Part shown: piece after piece, positions 63,157 to 64,000 of the stretch
How the letters are laid out: every line of letters begins with the position of its first letter
How positions within the stretch are numbered: position 1 is the stretch's first letter
Assembly (NCBI GenBank): GCA_964630905.1
Contig: CAZVWR010000006.1
Location: forward strand, 6,232 to 70,231
Length of the DNA: 64,000 bases
Direction: 5' to 3'
Source of the DNA: an uncultured Spirochaetales bacterium
GTDB lineage: Bacteria > UBP6 > UBA1177
Program-made: the position numbers and the translations under genes
The notes under the pieces: model-generated
What the model was told of the DNA's origin: nothing
What the model saw: the letters and a program-made list of their open reading frames with translations, nothing else
Database searches by the model: none

Positions 63157-64000
63157 TCTCTAAAGCAAAAATAAACAGATTCATTTTCGACAAAAAGGGG
63201 TGGATACCTGTACTTTTTGCCGCAGTATTCTTTTTCTGCGTGTTGTTTGCTCCTACAATTACGACAATCCTTATCGCATCATTTTTTGCTGCATACGCCA
63301 TAGATCCTCTTGTTATTTTCATGTCGGAAAAGCTTAAACTTCCCCGTTCTTTTGCCAGCGGACTTGTGATCTTTTTCATAGTCCTCACAGTTCTTCTCCT
63401 TCTGCTGATCGTGCTTCCCGGAATAGTTAGACAGCTTTATAGAATTTTTGCCAACTTTGATTCGATAGTGGCCGCTCTTTGGGACTGGATGAACAATTTT
63501 GCCGCCGGTTTCGGGATAGACCTTGATGAACATTTTAAAAAGGATGATCTTGTCGGCAGGTTGACAGCTTTCTCGGAGCCTGTTTTGAAATCTGCAACCA
63601 ATACCGTCGGGGTGGTGTTCAGCAAGACTTTCGGGCTTCTTTCCCTCCTTTTCAGTTTTATAATTTTTATAGTTATAACTTTTTTCACAAGCTCCAGATA
63701 CCCCAAAATAAGAGCTTCAATATTTGAGCTTTTTCCACCTGCAAAACAGGAATATATAAAAGGATGGCTCTGCAAATTCGACAGAGTCCTGTCGGGTTTT
63801 ATAAGGGGACAGCTTACAGTCTGTTTCGTTCTGGGCTGTCTTTATGCGGGTTCATTTACCGTTGCGGGAATTGAAAATGCCGGAAGTCTCGGAGCGATGA
63901 TAGGGATGCTCTGCATTGTTCCCTATGTCGGACTTTTTGCAGGCATAATAGTCACGATCCTTCTTGCTCTGGTTTCGGGAGGCGTTGTAGCTCTGTTTAA
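63153..64000 (+). CDS. AI-2E family transporter (PerM/UPF0118), partial at window end
   Basis: Absent from the ORF track because there is no stop in the window. ATG 63153 overlaps the upstream stop (ATGA). Open to position 64000. MISKAKINRF...FAAYAIDPLVIFMSEKLKLPRSFASGLVIF...FIRGQLTVCFVLGCLYAGSF...LCIVPYVGLFAG is typical of the AI-2E family. Confidence 0.8.
   Translation, partial: MISKAKINRFIFDKKGWIPVLFAAVFFFCVLFAPTITTILIASFFAAYAIDPLVIFMSEKLKLPRSFASGLVIFFIVLTVLLLLLIVLPGIVRQLYRIFANFDSIVAALWDWMNNFAAGFGIDLDEHFKKDDLVGRLTAFSEPVLKSATNTVGVVFSKTFGLLSLLFSFIIFIVITFFTSSRYPKIRASIFELFPPAKQEYIKGWLCKFDRVLSGFIRGQLTVCFVLGCLYAGSFTVAGIENAGSLGAMIGMLCIVPYVGLFAGIIVTILLALVSGGVVALF

Overview
64 kb chromosomal window from an AT-rich (roughly 40% GC by eye, not computed), probably uncultivated diderm bacterium. 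Signs of a diderm: many lipobox lipoproteins, a bacterial alpha-2-macroglobulin and clpS-clpA-aat. I support about 50 protein genes, 5 tRNAs, an SRP RNA and a tmRNA. Housekeeping blocks are: dapF / GtrA-like / FHA-GGDEF / prmA; an RNA cluster holding all four tRNA-Ser isoacceptors, tRNA-Arg(ACG), tadA and ffs; a glycogen block (PMM/PGM, glgC, GH57, galT-like); clpS-clpA-aat; ssrA; gpmI; and pgsA / SLT / J-domain / carboxyltransferase. Between these lies an unusually dense set of secreted proteins and lipoproteins with acidic linkers and repeat modules: thrombospondin type-3 repeats, vWA, MopE-like DNDCDG motifs, myxobacterial-type Cys-rich repeats, SBBP propeller, DUF11, DUF1566 and an FGE-sulfatase domain. 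The most interesting signal is a very short C-terminal Cys tail (GCGCSVI, GCGCSFL, SGCSVTVI, each followed directly by stop). It sits behind an acidic spacer on three signal-peptide proteins. One of them lies in a tight five-gene minus-strand operon that also encodes a signal peptidase I with a long N-terminal extension. Other notable items: a 1561-aa tandem-fused double UvrA paralogue with four ABC modules; an ERG2/sigma-1-receptor homologue next to ssrA; a HigB/HTH toxin-antitoxin cassette bracketed by roughly 43-bp direct repeats beside a 14-bp tandem repeat; a DUF4160/DUF2442 pair; an AT-rich insert with a four-helix-bundle protein, a 30-codon membrane ORF and a GmrSD-type (DUF262/DUF1524) nuclease; and an orphan glycogen synthase N-terminal half with a degenerate KTGGL motif. 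No CRISPR array, transposase, integrase or reverse transcriptase was seen. All family assignments come from motif recognition by eye, not from database searches.
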